From a virus: DNA of 64,000 bases. The notes beneath the pieces were generated by a model that ran no database searches, was not told where the DNA came from, and saw nothing but the letters and a program-made list of their open reading frames with translations. Of the stretch, positions 47,758-57,731 are shown one piece after another; position 1 is the stretch's first letter; each line of letters starts with the position of its first letter. Location of the stretch: positions 1 through 64,000 of the IMG/VR virus record IMGVR_UViG_3300045974_000167. One strand, written 5' to 3'. Position numbers and translations under genes: made by a program.

Positions 47758-48500
47758 ACAAGAACGAGATTTACACGGCTAATCAACCACTCTGTCTGGG
47801 TGGGCAGATTTATATGTGGAACCGGTATGCCAACGTTGGGCATATGGTTCACATGCCGGATGCCCAATTCACCAAGGGCGGGCACATGAGCCGTATCGAT
47901 TTCCTGGCCCCGGACGGGAAAGTGCAGCCAATGATCTTTCCCCTCAAGGACCGGTTCCTGACCCCCGTGAACGAGTGCCTACTGCACGAACAGGATAAGA
48001 CTTTCAGGAAATTCTTTGGGACTATCCGTGCTCTGTACGCCAAGTTCTACTATTTCAAGACCTACGAAGAAAAGCTGTATAGCCTTATCGAAGTATTAGA
48101 CGGAACCTTGTTTTCCAAGCCAGTCAACCTAGCCACGTTGAATTCCTATCTCTGGAATTGGGTAGCGGAAGAAGTCGGTATCCGCAACGGCATCGAGCAG
48201 CATTACACCACCAAGCTAGGATTCGTGCGGCCCGATGACCCCTCCGAATGGGTGGCGATGATGGGCGCTGCAATCGGTTGCAAGCTCTACCTCGGCGGCG
48301 GCACGGCAGCCAACGCCTACTTGAAGAAGGAACATTTCTCCAATAGGGGTATGGACTTCATCTCCCAGGACTATAAGATGAAGCCATACCGTAGGACTAA
48401 GAGTCACATCAACGATAACGCTATGGTGTCAATCTTAGATCCTCTATTCATTGGGGGACCGAACCTTGTCCAAGAACTTGTTGGAGTACCGGCTTGGTAG
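47754..48500 (+). CDS. WbqC-like protein
   Basis: N-terminal QP, 'DAQFTK', 'YLGG..A..YL', 'SILD.LF..GP'. Confidence 0.75.
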   Translation: MNKNEIYTANQPLCLGGQIYMWNRYANVGHMVHMPDAQFTKGGHMSRIDFLAPDGKVQPMIFPLKDRFLTPVNECLLHEQDKTFRKFFGTIRALYAKFYYFKTYEEKLYSLIEVLDGTLFSKPVNLATLNSYLWNWVAEEVGIRNGIEQHYTTKLGFVRPDDPSEWVAMMGAAIGCKLYLGGGTAANAYLKKEHFSNRGMDFISQDYKMKPYRRTKSHINDNAMVSILDPLFIGGPNLVQELVGVPAW

Positions 48501-48729
48501 TTTCTTTGAACGATTCTGGTGCATTGTTTTCGGCCAACATCGCTACACAGAGAAAGCGCAGACATTCCCGGGCCGTAGGAAGACTTGGATTGGTCAAGAT
48601 AACTACGTAGTTGACCCGGGGTTTATCGCTTCTTGGGAACAGTGTATTTACTGCGGAAAGCAGATTAACAAATCCTTCAGAGAGATAGAGTCGATTAACG
48701 ACCCCTCTTACGAGCCCCCTAGACTATGA
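48451..48729 (+). CDS. Hypothetical Zn-binding protein
   Basis: C...GQH...CIYCG. Confidence 0.5.
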   Translation: MGDRTLSKNLLEYRLGSFFERFWCIVFGQHRYTEKAQTFPGRRKTWIGQDNYVVDPGFIASWEQCIYCGKQINKSFREIESINDPSYEPPRL

Positions 48730-48971
48730 CCAAGAGACATTTTCTAGAAGCCGCGATGCGTAGGGGGTACGCTCGCGTATACGTCTACGGTGAAACTTTG
48801 CCTAGACTGCTTTCATGGGACTTGGGTATGCCCGTGGAATTGAATAGTATGGGTATCAAGATGACCGTGATTCAAAACGACCTTCCAACTGAGATCGAGA
48901 TCCCGTGGGACTCTATCTCTTCCATGGTAGCTCAGGATAGCGAGAGGTACCCGGAGGATCTCAATGAGTAG
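48726..48971 (+). CDS. Hypothetical protein
   Basis: ATGA-coupled. Confidence 0.6.
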   Translation: MTKRHFLEAAMRRGYARVYVYGETLPRLLSWDLGMPVELNSMGIKMTVIQNDLPTEIEIPWDSISSMVAQDSERYPEDLNE

Positions 48972-49161
48972 CCTGATGGACTACCTCGACGCCCACGCTA
49001 ATTTAGTGTATCTGCTACTCGGGCTGTGGTTATTAGCTTTCTTTGCCATGTGGTCGTTGGGGACATACCGGAAGCGCCGTAGGAGCCATCGGCATATCCT
49101 GCCGGGTCACACAAACGCTGTAGAGAAGACCGACGAAATCTGGTTGGATAAACTCAAATAG
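48964..49161 (+). CDS. Small membrane protein
   Basis: Single TM plus basic stretch; GGAGG RBS. Confidence 0.65.
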   Translation: MSSLMDYLDAHANLVYLLLGLWLLAFFAMWSLGTYRKRRRSHRHILPGHTNAVEKTDEIWLDKLK

Positions 49162-49169
49162 GGGGCGTA

Positions 49170-49415
49170 ATGTTTGTGAAGCGGAAGTTTGAACTAGCTT
49201 GGATTGAGGGAAACCCTGAAACGGGTCTGACGGTGGCGCGGAGGGAGTTTATCCTTGCTGGCGAAACCTTACAGATTAAGACGGAGGGCGGGATAGTTAC
49301 CCTTGTGGTAACTTCTATCGGCGGGGATAAGCCCGTTGATGATAAAAAGGTGATGCAAATCGTCACAGATCACATCATTGCCACCGACCCAAGCCCCTCC
49401 CCAAGCAAGCATTAG
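49170..49415 (+). CDS. Hypothetical protein
   Basis: RBS, gene string. Confidence 0.6.
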   Translation: MFVKRKFELAWIEGNPETGLTVARREFILAGETLQIKTEGGIVTLVVTSIGGDKPVDDKKVMQIVTDHIIATDPSPSPSKH

Positions 49416-49441
49416 AATCTAACCACAAGATAACATTAGAG

Positions 49442-49478
49442 AAACCCACAGGGACTTCGACCCTTGTGGGTTTTTTTA
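49442..49478 (+). terminator. Intrinsic terminator
   Basis: AAACCCACAGGG/CCCTTGTGGG stem + T7. Confidence 0.85.
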
Positions 49479-49544
49479 TGTTTGGACTTGAAGCCAACGG
49501 TAAATACCATGTATATTCGAGGGCCTGGAGGAATCATTCTACCT

Positions 49545-49823
49545 ATGGACAATTTTAGCGCACCACCTCCGAAGCCTGGCGACGGACTGAGCACCGTCTA
49601 CCGAATCGGCGGCAAGCACCCCGGATTCAAGAAGTGTCGCCATTGCGGCGTAGCCGGATACGTTACAGAGCCGACTATTACGAAGGCACTCCGTAAGGGT
49701 CTAGAAGACGCCAAGTTTCAGATCGTTAGTGTTGCAAAGAAAGGTGAGCGTGAGGGTACTTTCAACGTCATGCTCCGTCCGCTGATGAACATGCTTAGGT
49801 CGAAAGGAATGGTTGTTCGCTAA
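49545..49823 (+). CDS. Hypothetical protein
   Basis: GGAGGA RBS; CRHCG. Confidence 0.6.
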   Translation: MDNFSAPPPKPGDGLSTVYRIGGKHPGFKKCRHCGVAGYVTEPTITKALRKGLEDAKFQIVSVAKKGEREGTFNVMLRPLMNMLRSKGMVVR

Positions 49824-50035
49824 TGGGATTCGCTACGTGCGGTAAAAGACTGCGGGCCGAATTAATCAAGCGCGGAGTCTCGGAGGCTACGTTCTCTTGG
49901 ACTTCTGGAATTCCCCAAGGGGTTAAATCTGTCGAGAACACCCCTGAAGTTAGGAAATATCTCCAGAATTTTAACATCAAGATCGATGATGTCGGCTGCG
50001 TCTGCCACGACAGCGGGGTCTGCGATTACAAATGA
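49823..50035 (+). CDS. Hypothetical protein
   Basis: TAATG-coupled. Confidence 0.55.
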   Translation: MGFATCGKRLRAELIKRGVSEATFSWTSGIPQGVKSVENTPEVRKYLQNFNIKIDDVGCVCHDSGVCDYK

Positions 50036-50075
50036 ACGCTGGTCAATGGTTCACTCCTAGTTTTATAATCTGACC

Positions 50076-50612
50076 ATGCCTTACGCCGACCCGGTAAAAC
50101 GTAGAGAAGCGAATCGTCTTTGGGCGCGTAAATACCGCGAAAACAATAGAGAACTTGTTAATGCTGCGGCCAAAGAATACTACCACTCCAACCCCGCTTA
50201 TCGTGCCAGGGCCATACAACTAGCAACCGCTAGGCAAGAATCTAACCCAGAAGCTAAACGCGCCAGCGGCCAACGCTATTATCAGAATCATAAAGTAACA
50301 CTTCGTAGTTACTACAAATCATGGACAAATACTCCTGATGGAAGACGTATTCGTAGGGAACTAGAACAACGTAGACACGCATTAAAAACCGGTGCTCCCG
50401 GTGAGTTTACCAAGGAACAGTGGTTACAAAGAAAAAGCCTTTGGGGTGGAAAATGTTGGCTAAACTTGAATGGGTGCGCGTCCGTGGCAGGCTCTATTGA
50501 CCATGTAATACCGCTTTCTAAGGGTGGAACCAATTGGCCCGCTAACTTGCGACCGGCTTGCCGAAGTTGCAATAGCAAGAAGAATGCACAGGATTGGCGG
50601 AAATATGTCTAA
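50076..50612 (+). CDS. HNH endonuclease (freestanding)
   Basis: DHVIPLSKGG.N...NL..AC.SCN..K; TATAAT 6 nt before ATG. Confidence 0.88.
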   Translation: MPYADPVKRREANRLWARKYRENNRELVNAAAKEYYHSNPAYRARAIQLATARQESNPEAKRASGQRYYQNHKVTLRSYYKSWTNTPDGRRIRRELEQRRHALKTGAPGEFTKEQWLQRKSLWGGKCWLNLNGCASVAGSIDHVIPLSKGGTNWPANLRPACRSCNSKKNAQDWRKYV

Positions 50613-52092
50613 CAGATTCCTAGTGGTTCCAACCATCGGACTCTGGAAATCACTCGCCACCGATAGCTCGTTCGTCTTTATGATGAACACAGTTCGGAGG
50701 CTCATAGCACGAGGTAACTATGCCTACGTCGTCCTCCCCCGTGACATCGACATGGAGAACGTGCCCAAGATTCCAGGGGTCATGTACTTTGTATGCGACG
50801 TACCTGCGAGGGCGCTCGACACGCAGATGGGAATCGTGGATCAAGCATTCATTTCAAACACCTTCGGGTTCCAGTACGGAAAGTACGTGGTTGACGCTGG
50901 GATTGTTCTGCACGGCTCTCAGGTACTACCACTCAAGGCCGCCGTCCATCCTAGAGGGCCTTTTGACTGTTTTCCTGTCTTTTGTCTTGAGCAGGGTGTT
51001 AGTTGGATTGATACTGCTCCTGGGTACGAGCCTGGAAGATATGATGAAGAACTGATGATCCTGGGGGCCTCGTATTCCTACCTCTGCTGCGTATCCAAAA
51101 AAGACCTAGGGAGTTCTCTAGAAAAGGCCCGCCACTTCAACCTTAGCCATCAACAGTTCAACATTCTTAGGGAAAATGCCTTCGCGGGTGCGGCCCCTGT
51201 AGACGTACCCCTTATGCAATCGATTGCAGCGGAGACCAAGAAGAACGACACCACCACCCTGCTCTACGCCGCCAGAACAAACAAGACCAAACACCCTGAA
51301 GATATCGTCGAAATCTTCGATGCCCTATACAAACAGAATGAGCCCATCAACATTACTTACGTCACTCAGACTTCACCTCTCAAGTTTGATGTCATCACTA
51401 AGAGGCGTCATCTCTTTGATGAGCGTGGATATATTGAGCCCCGTACGAGTTGCGGCCCGATGGATTTCTACAAAGAAGCCGCCAAATCCCACGTTTACCT
51501 CTGCTGGTCGGATAGCGAGAGCTTCAATGCCTCTGCTGTTGAGGCTTCTCTTCTGGGTTGCGTGTATATGTGTCACGACACTAAGCCTCATCGTGATCTA
51601 TATGATGGTGATCTGGGTGGGGACGTATTTTGGCTCCGCGACAAGGTGGACGCCATAGAGAAAGTGCGCTGGGTCATCCACCACTACGAAGAAGCTTACA
51701 AGATGCAGGCTCCCCTGCGGCAGAAATTCCTCGACCGCCAGATCGAAGGCGACCTCTCCAAGCACATCCATGAGAAAACCATCGAGTTTCATCGAGCTAA
51801 CGTCAAAGGGACGCCCGGTAAGCTTTATTACTATAAGCTTGCGGAAAGTGCAGAACTTACGAAAATTATCGATGGTTGTCTGTCGAATTGGGCAGATGAA
51901 ACTATCGGCCTTGAGGATGTTCTTGTTTCCTTAGAATCCCACGGCGACGCCTTCTCGACAGACAACCTATATCGAGCCATTTCACGAGTGATGCCGGTGA
52001 ACTGGAACTTGCATCAAATGATGAAGCTGCACTATAACCTCCTCGACACCTGCGACAGCCGGTACCCCCGGTATAGGATCAAGAATGACTGA
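50605..52092 (+). CDS. GT-B glycosyltransferase (GT4-like)
   Basis: C-terminal 'S.SESFNASAVEA..LG' (E-x7-E); 'YAAR.NKTK' donor-binding motif. Confidence 0.75.
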   Translation: MSNRFLVVPTIGLWKSLATDSSFVFMMNTVRRLIARGNYAYVVLPRDIDMENVPKIPGVMYFVCDVPARALDTQMGIVDQAFISNTFGFQYGKYVVDAGIVLHGSQVLPLKAAVHPRGPFDCFPVFCLEQGVSWIDTAPGYEPGRYDEELMILGASYSYLCCVSKKDLGSSLEKARHFNLSHQQFNILRENAFAGAAPVDVPLMQSIAAETKKNDTTTLLYAARTNKTKHPEDIVEIFDALYKQNEPINITYVTQTSPLKFDVITKRRHLFDERGYIEPRTSCGPMDFYKEAAKSHVYLCWSDSESFNASAVEASLLGCVYMCHDTKPHRDLYDGDLGGDVFWLRDKVDAIEKVRWVIHHYEEAYKMQAPLRQKFLDRQIEGDLSKHIHEKTIEFHRANVKGTPGKLYYYKLAESAELTKIIDGCLSNWADETIGLEDVLVSLESHGDAFSTDNLYRAISRVMPVNWNLHQMMKLHYNLLDTCDSRYPRYRIKND

Positions 52093-52816
52093 GCCTCTGA
52101 ACAAAGAGAATGTGATGCGGGTGCCCATCGATTCCATCGAGCCGAACGATTGGAATCCTAACCAGATGCCCTCCCACCTGTTCAACGAGCTATCCCACGA
52201 CATCGAAGAGGAGGGGATGGATCAGCCGGTAGTCGTGATTGAACGCGACGGCAAACGCATCATCGTTGACGGCGAGCACCGTTACAGGGCCTCCAAAGCT
52301 GCCGGAAGAACGGACATCCTGATCTCTGTCCGCGACTACTCGGACGACGAGGCGAAAATCCGGACAGTACGTAGAAACATGATTCACGGCACGACTGACC
52401 CCGCCAAGTTCACGAAACTCGTCATGGACTTGAACAATCGCGGCCTGCCTATCGATGAGATTAAGCGGCGCATGGCTACCCCTGACAAGGAATTTATGAA
52501 GATGTACCAGGGGAACACCGCCGACAAATCCAAGAAAGCAGCCGAAGTCATTGCTGATGCTGAGAAGGGGGTTGCCCAGACCTTCCTCGTCGTCAACTTG
52601 TCCCAGATGATCAGGGATATCGTTGCCAAGTTCGGGGAAACCATCCAGCAGGGGTTCATCGCCTTCTCCTACAAGGGACAGACTCACATGCTGATTTCGA
52701 TGGACCCCAAACTCCACAAGGCTATGGTTGCCTTCAAATCGGCGGCGGAAGAGGATAAACTGACTCAGGAACAAATCTCTGAGCGTCTAGCTAATGCTCT
52801 GATGAAGGCGTCGTAA
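52085..52816 (+). CDS. ParB/Srx-domain protein
   Basis: 'PNDWNPN', 'QPVVV', 'IVDGEHRY'. Confidence 0.88.
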   Translation: MTEPLNKENVMRVPIDSIEPNDWNPNQMPSHLFNELSHDIEEEGMDQPVVVIERDGKRIIVDGEHRYRASKAAGRTDILISVRDYSDDEAKIRTVRRNMIHGTTDPAKFTKLVMDLNNRGLPIDEIKRRMATPDKEFMKMYQGNTADKSKKAAEVIADAEKGVAQTFLVVNLSQMIRDIVAKFGETIQQGFIAFSYKGQTHMLISMDPKLHKAMVAFKSAAEEDKLTQEQISERLANALMKAS

Positions 52817-53562
52817 TGACCGTCAAGTTCAACTCCCCATTCACCCCCAAGGTGATGCCAAAGATTGAGGATCTTCCCGGTGCCAAACCGGTTGACCTCA
52901 AGAAGCATAAGCGTACTGCCTCAGGGGAACTGCGGCGCGAACCCGCTGCGACCTCGGAACGTCAGAAGGCTAAGGTAGAGGTCGAGGTAGCTGTTGAACG
53001 TGCGATTAAGACTGGCGAAATCGTCGTGCGGGAGAAGGGTGCAATCGTTGACACGACTGACCCTGAGCTTAGAGAACACTTTGGTCGTATGTTGTTCATG
53101 GGGGCTACCCAAGACCTCATCTGCGAAGTCCTAAAGATCCAGCGGGACACCTACCGCCGACTCAAGCGGCTGCACCTTGAATCCGTCGTAGAATCCCTTG
53201 CCGAAACCGGCGTGATGGGGATGGTTGCCCTCTCCTTCGACAAGATGGAGATGGCGTCTACCAAAACCCTGCAACTCATCAACTCCCTTGGGGTATCGGA
53301 GAAGGACCGCGCCGACCTCATTGGTGCTGTCCGACTCTTAAAGGATATCGAAAACGATAAGGTGTCGATGCTCGTCAAGACGGGGGCAATCAAGGTGAAG
53401 AAGCGGGCCGAAATCTCCGCGCACCTTGAAGTTCTCTCCGGTAGCTCTCAGCCGCTCCTAACCGGTGAAAAGGCGCAGCAGGTTATGGTCAGGGTAATGG
53501 CCGACCTCGTTGATGCTATCGAGGACGACGATGAATCTGACGGCGGCGAAGAGAGCGATTAG
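52816..53562 (+). CDS. Probable terminase small subunit
   Basis: HTH-like 'GATQDLICEVLKI' plus helical body, directly upstream of TerL. Confidence 0.6.
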   Translation: MTVKFNSPFTPKVMPKIEDLPGAKPVDLKKHKRTASGELRREPAATSERQKAKVEVEVAVERAIKTGEIVVREKGAIVDTTDPELREHFGRMLFMGATQDLICEVLKIQRDTYRRLKRLHLESVVESLAETGVMGMVALSFDKMEMASTKTLQLINSLGVSEKDRADLIGAVRLLKDIENDKVSMLVKTGAIKVKKRAEISAHLEVLSGSSQPLLTGEKAQQVMVRVMADLVDAIEDDDESDGGEESD

Positions 53563-55351
53563 AGATGTAGCGCCGGAATACCGGCGTCACATGATGCTGT
53601 GCATCGAGGATGCGCTGCGGGGAGACAACCGCGCCCTCTCGAAGTACAAGCACATGCCCGTGGACGTTCGTACGTTCATCGAGGCTGATTATTACATGCA
53701 GTCTGTGACCGCTACCGGGCAGAAAATCATCTACCCGGAAGTGATGAAGCATCTCGTAGAAATCAATGAAGGTGACTACGACGAGGTTGTGCTAACAGGG
53801 GGCATCGGTGCTGCAAAATCCACTATTGGCGTCTATACTCAGGCGTATCAGCTCTACTTACTTAGTTGTATGGCTGATCCTCAAGGTTACTTCGGCCTCG
53901 ATCCCTCTTCCGAGATTGTCATCGTCTTCCAATCTCTTTCCAAGACGTTAGCGGAAGAGGTTGACTATGACCGGTTCCGGTCGATGGTGGAACGTACTCA
54001 ATACTTCCAAGAGAAGTTCCCCCACAACAAATTCGTTGAGAACCAACTAGAGTTCCCGAACCGCATCATCGTAAAACCAATCTCTGGTTTAGAGACAGGC
54101 GCAATCAGCCAAAACGTCATCGGGGGGATGATCGATGAAGTTAACTTCATGGCCGTTGTGGAAAAGTCTAAGATGGCGGATGGCGGTACTTACGACCAAG
54201 CGACTGCTCTTTACAATTCGATTGCACGCCGCCGTAAGTCGCGCTTCCTCAAAGCTGGGCGAATGCCTGGGCGACTTTGCTTGGTATCTTCTCGTCGTAC
54301 TCCCGGTCAGTTTACGGATAAGAAAGAGGAAGAGGCTAAGTCCAACCCCAAGATTTACGTATATGACAAGCGTGTCTGGGAGATTAAGCCCCCCGGAACC
54401 TTCTCCAACGAAAGATTCCATATTTTTATCGGGGACGGAGCCCGACAGCCCCGGGTAATTGCGGACGGGGAGATTATCTCAGAAGATGATCGGCACCTTA
54501 TCGATGCCATCCCCATCGAGTTCAGGGCAGACTTCACCGATGACATCACCAAAGCCCTGCGTGATATTGCCGGTAAGAGCACGCTTGCCATACATCCGTT
54601 CATGCCTCGGCGGGAGGATGTGGCTGCTAACTTCGGGCGTCGTCCTAGCGTCTTCACGGTAGAGGTTTTCAACCAGCAGGGATTGAAACTTAGGATTCGG
54701 GATAACCTAGTTATTCGTAATCCTGATTGCCCCCGCTGGGTTCACATCGACTTAGGTATTAGCAGCGACTCGGCGGGCCTCGTTATTGCTCACGTTCCTA
54801 AGTTCATGGAGATGAAAAGAGGGGAGGGTACAGAATACCTCCCCGTGATAGAGGTAGATGGTGCCTTAGAGATTCCCCCTCCTCCGGGTAAGCGTGGGGA
54901 GATCGATTTCGCGGGCATCCGCCGAATCCTCTACAAGCTCCGGGACATGGGAATGCAGATCAAGTGGGTCAGTCTTGACTCGTTCCAATCCACCGACACG
55001 ATGCAGATCCTTAGAAGGAACGGGTTTATCGTAGGCTATCAATCGATAGATACGACTAACGTGCCGTATGATTTAACGAAACAAGCCCTGTACGACCATC
55101 GGGTCATTGCCCCAGCCCATGAGAAACTGGTAAAAGAATTAGTGTCTCTAGAACGAGACTTTAGGCGTGGGAAGGTAGACCACCCAGCCAAGGGGTCCAA
55201 GGATATCGCGGACTCGCTAGCTGGGGTTATTTTTGGCCTGAGTATGAGGCGTGATGTCTGGGCTCAACACCGTATTCCGCTATCCCAGGCAGTTTCAATC
55301 GCGTCCCATATCAATGACCATGAAGACTCAAGGAGTATCCCCCGTGAATAG
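53531..55351 (+). CDS. terL: Terminase large subunit
   Basis: GGIGAAKS Walker A, GMIDE Walker B, SS motif III, HIDLG / D / KD.AD RNase H residues. Confidence 0.9.
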   Translation: MNLTAAKRAIRDVAPEYRRHMMLCIEDALRGDNRALSKYKHMPVDVRTFIEADYYMQSVTATGQKIIYPEVMKHLVEINEGDYDEVVLTGGIGAAKSTIGVYTQAYQLYLLSCMADPQGYFGLDPSSEIVIVFQSLSKTLAEEVDYDRFRSMVERTQYFQEKFPHNKFVENQLEFPNRIIVKPISGLETGAISQNVIGGMIDEVNFMAVVEKSKMADGGTYDQATALYNSIARRRKSRFLKAGRMPGRLCLVSSRRTPGQFTDKKEEEAKSNPKIYVYDKRVWEIKPPGTFSNERFHIFIGDGARQPRVIADGEIISEDDRHLIDAIPIEFRADFTDDITKALRDIAGKSTLAIHPFMPRREDVAANFGRRPSVFTVEVFNQQGLKLRIRDNLVIRNPDCPRWVHIDLGISSDSAGLVIAHVPKFMEMKRGEGTEYLPVIEVDGALEIPPPPGKRGEIDFAGIRRILYKLRDMGMQIKWVSLDSFQSTDTMQILRRNGFIVGYQSIDTTNVPYDLTKQALYDHRVIAPAHEKLVKELVSLERDFRRGKVDHPAKGSKDIADSLAGVIFGLSMRRDVWAQHRIPLSQAVSIASHINDHEDSRSIPRE

Positions 55352-55994
55352 TGGGAATAATTGTTTAGGGCGAACTGTTCTAGTCATTGGGGCACATCCC
55401 GACGATTTGGAAATGAATGCCGGTGGGACAATCCATAAACTAATCCAATCTGGAGCAGTGGTATCCACTACAGTTTTAGCTAGCCATACCACCTTCAATG
55501 GTGATAGATTACTCGAATCAAACCGCGCCCAAATCAAATTGGGTATCGTCGGGATGGAGTTTGCTGGAGGGATTGACACTAAATTAGCTGATTCTAAGGC
55601 CATGTTAATTGATCTTCTTGATAGTAAGATAAAGATCATCAAACCGGATACAGTCATCACCCATTTTCACGCTGATACGCATCAAGATCATGCCGCCTGC
55701 TACGATATCGTAATGGCGGCAGCGCGTTGTGTACCAAACATCCTGCTGTTCAAGCCGACGTTTCCATCAGGCAGACCCGACATCCCGTTTCACCCTAACT
55801 TCATCAGCAAGCTCTCCGACGAGAATATGATCGCTAAGATTTCTGCCATGAGCGAGTTCGTATCTCAGCGTAATAAATACGGAGAGGATAAGTGGCTTGA
55901 ATCCCTTAAGTCTACTGCGGCGGGCGATGCTTGGACGTATGGTGGCTTCCACGGGTATGCGGAAATCTTTCAAGTCTCACGTTTAATGGGGTAG
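55344..55994 (+). CDS. PIG-L/LmbE-family N-acetylglucosaminyl deacetylase
   Basis: AHPDD and HQDH motifs; AGGAG RBS; overlaps terL stop. Confidence 0.9.
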   Translation: MNSGNNCLGRTVLVIGAHPDDLEMNAGGTIHKLIQSGAVVSTTVLASHTTFNGDRLLESNRAQIKLGIVGMEFAGGIDTKLADSKAMLIDLLDSKIKIIKPDTVITHFHADTHQDHAACYDIVMAAARCVPNILLFKPTFPSGRPDIPFHPNFISKLSDENMIAKISAMSEFVSQRNKYGEDKWLESLKSTAAGDAWTYGGFHGYAEIFQVSRLMG

Positions 55995-56003
55995 TGCAAT
56001 CAA

Positions 56004-56468
56004 TTGCACGGAGGGCGTGTGGGAGTAACCTTAAGAACACAAAAATCTGAACGTCCGGTTGAGAGCCTGACGTTAGATGAAGCGATTGCTGAAAGGCAAC
56101 GCTTAGTTAAAACTACGATGGACGCGCAGGATGAACTCAGCGACCGAAATCGTATCGGAACCGATGGAAAAAGGATCTCTGCCCACGACTACTGGGCGTG
56201 GCACCGTACTGTATCGAAGGTAGTCCGCGACAATCAACACCGCATGGGTTTACTGCGTGAACACATCAGAAAGATGCGGCAGCGTTCGTCTGTCGCAGAG
56301 GCCAAGGTTGAGGACGTAACTGATCGGGGCCTACTCAAATCAGCATACGAACTGCTCTGCACGCTTGCTAGAGAAGATGTTGATTTTGATGCTCACGAAC
56401 AGGCTCTCATGGACGTTATCCGAGAACGCATCCAGGGAACCTCACCAGTTAATGGAGGTCGTAAATGA
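56004..56468 (+). CDS. Hypothetical coiled-coil protein (start may be GTG 56019)
   Basis: Gene string. Confidence 0.65.
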   Translation: MHGGRVGVTLRTQKSERPVESLTLDEAIAERQRLVKTTMDAQDELSDRNRIGTDGKRISAHDYWAWHRTVSKVVRDNQHRMGLLREHIRKMRQRSSVAEAKVEDVTDRGLLKSAYELLCTLAREDVDFDAHEQALMDVIRERIQGTSPVNGGRK

Positions 56469-57169
56469 TTTTCGTGCTTGAGGGGTTGGATGGGTGTGGC
56501 AAGGGGACACAAGCCGAAATTCTAATCAAGAGTCTGCTGAAAACAGATCCGACAACCGGACTAGTAAAGTTTCCCGACTACACGACGCCCATCGGGAGAC
56601 TGTTGCAGGATTGGATGCACGGAATGATCGGGGTCTGTGCAACCGACGAAGCACCCATCGTTCCCCTTCCCGGCCAGAGCGCACTCGCCCTACAGGCTAT
56701 TCTCCTAGCAAACAAGACGGAGCAGGCCGACCTCTTGTGGGGTTATAAAACCATCGGAAACCTCGTAGTAGACCGGTACTGGCAGTCGGGCGTTGCCTAC
56801 GGTGCGGGCGTTGATGGTTTGGACTACGATTACATGGTCCGAATCAATAGAGGACTACCCGCCGCCGATATCAACTTCCTTATCAATATCCCTGTCTCAG
56901 TAGCTTTAGAACGTCAGGCTTTACGCGGCCGTAAGGATATCTACGAAGGCCGTCGTGATGCGCGTGATGCGATGGAGCGGTGCAACACCGCGTACGTCCA
57001 GTTGTGGGCTAGAATGGCAAATCGTGATCCCACTGCTTGGGTAGTAGTTGATGGAACTCGTCCCCGTGATGAAGTGGCAGCCATGATTCTCGCGGAAGTA
57101 ATGGCGTTCAAACAAGCACGAGATCCTAGCTGGCTGGCCGACGACTCTCATCCAGTTAGTGCGATTTGA
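56465..57169 (+). CDS. tmk: Thymidylate (dNMP) kinase
   Basis: EGLDGCGKGTQ, FP.Y, DRY..S..AY. Confidence 0.92.
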   Translation: MIFVLEGLDGCGKGTQAEILIKSLLKTDPTTGLVKFPDYTTPIGRLLQDWMHGMIGVCATDEAPIVPLPGQSALALQAILLANKTEQADLLWGYKTIGNLVVDRYWQSGVAYGAGVDGLDYDYMVRINRGLPAADINFLINIPVSVALERQALRGRKDIYEGRRDARDAMERCNTAYVQLWARMANRDPTAWVVVDGTRPRDEVAAMILAEVMAFKQARDPSWLADDSHPVSAI

Positions 57170-57187
57170 CCAAGCACGAGATCCTAG
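57113..57187. repeat. 17-bp direct repeat CAAGCACGAGATCCTAG
   Basis: Exact copies at 57113-57129 and 57171-57187. Confidence 0.9.
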
Positions 57188-57213
57188 ACATCTAGCTAGC
57201 AAGGACACGAGAC

Positions 57214-57690
57214 ATGGCTATCCACGGACTAGCAGCGAGACCCTCCCCCACCCCCATCCGGGATCCCGTAGTAGTAGAGAGACTGCCTAGTACGGAGAAG
57301 GACATCAAGTCTCCCTTCCGCGCAACTCCTGGCTCCGCTGGCCTAGATTGGTCCCTTCCTAGGGACGTTTCCATCTGGCCCGGACAGACCTTGGTTATTC
57401 CCTCAGGATTCAAGATCGAGATCCCGCATGGACTCGTCGGCCTGATGCGTACGAGGTCATCCTCACGTAAGCGAGGGCTGTCCGTGGATGGCACCATCGA
57501 TAGCGATTACCGTGGCGAGGTAGGAATCAGCCTAAGAAATCTTACGACTGAGCCTATCTGTGTTAAGCGAGGAGAAAGAATCGCCCAGATGGTAATCGTA
57601 GATGCCCACCTATATATCAATGTAATCGAGGGGCATGTTAATATGAACACCGTCCGAGGCGAGGGCGGCTTCGGCTCGACGGGGGTATAA
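57214..57690 (+). CDS. dut: Trimeric dUTPase
   Basis: SAGLD, RSS, GTIDSDYRGE, RIAQ, RGEGGFGSTG. Confidence 0.95.
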   Translation: MAIHGLAARPSPTPIRDPVVVERLPSTEKDIKSPFRATPGSAGLDWSLPRDVSIWPGQTLVIPSGFKIEIPHGLVGLMRTRSSSRKRGLSVDGTIDSDYRGEVGISLRNLTTEPICVKRGERIAQMVIVDAHLYINVIEGHVNMNTVRGEGGFGSTGV

Positions 57691-57731
57691 CCTATTGATT
57701 TTAGGGGAGTACCTGTGCTATACCAACCCGT

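Noticed and set aside
32759-55351. Inteins or introns in DnaB, helicase, RecA or TerL
   Set aside because: Lengths are normal and no splicing motifs were seen
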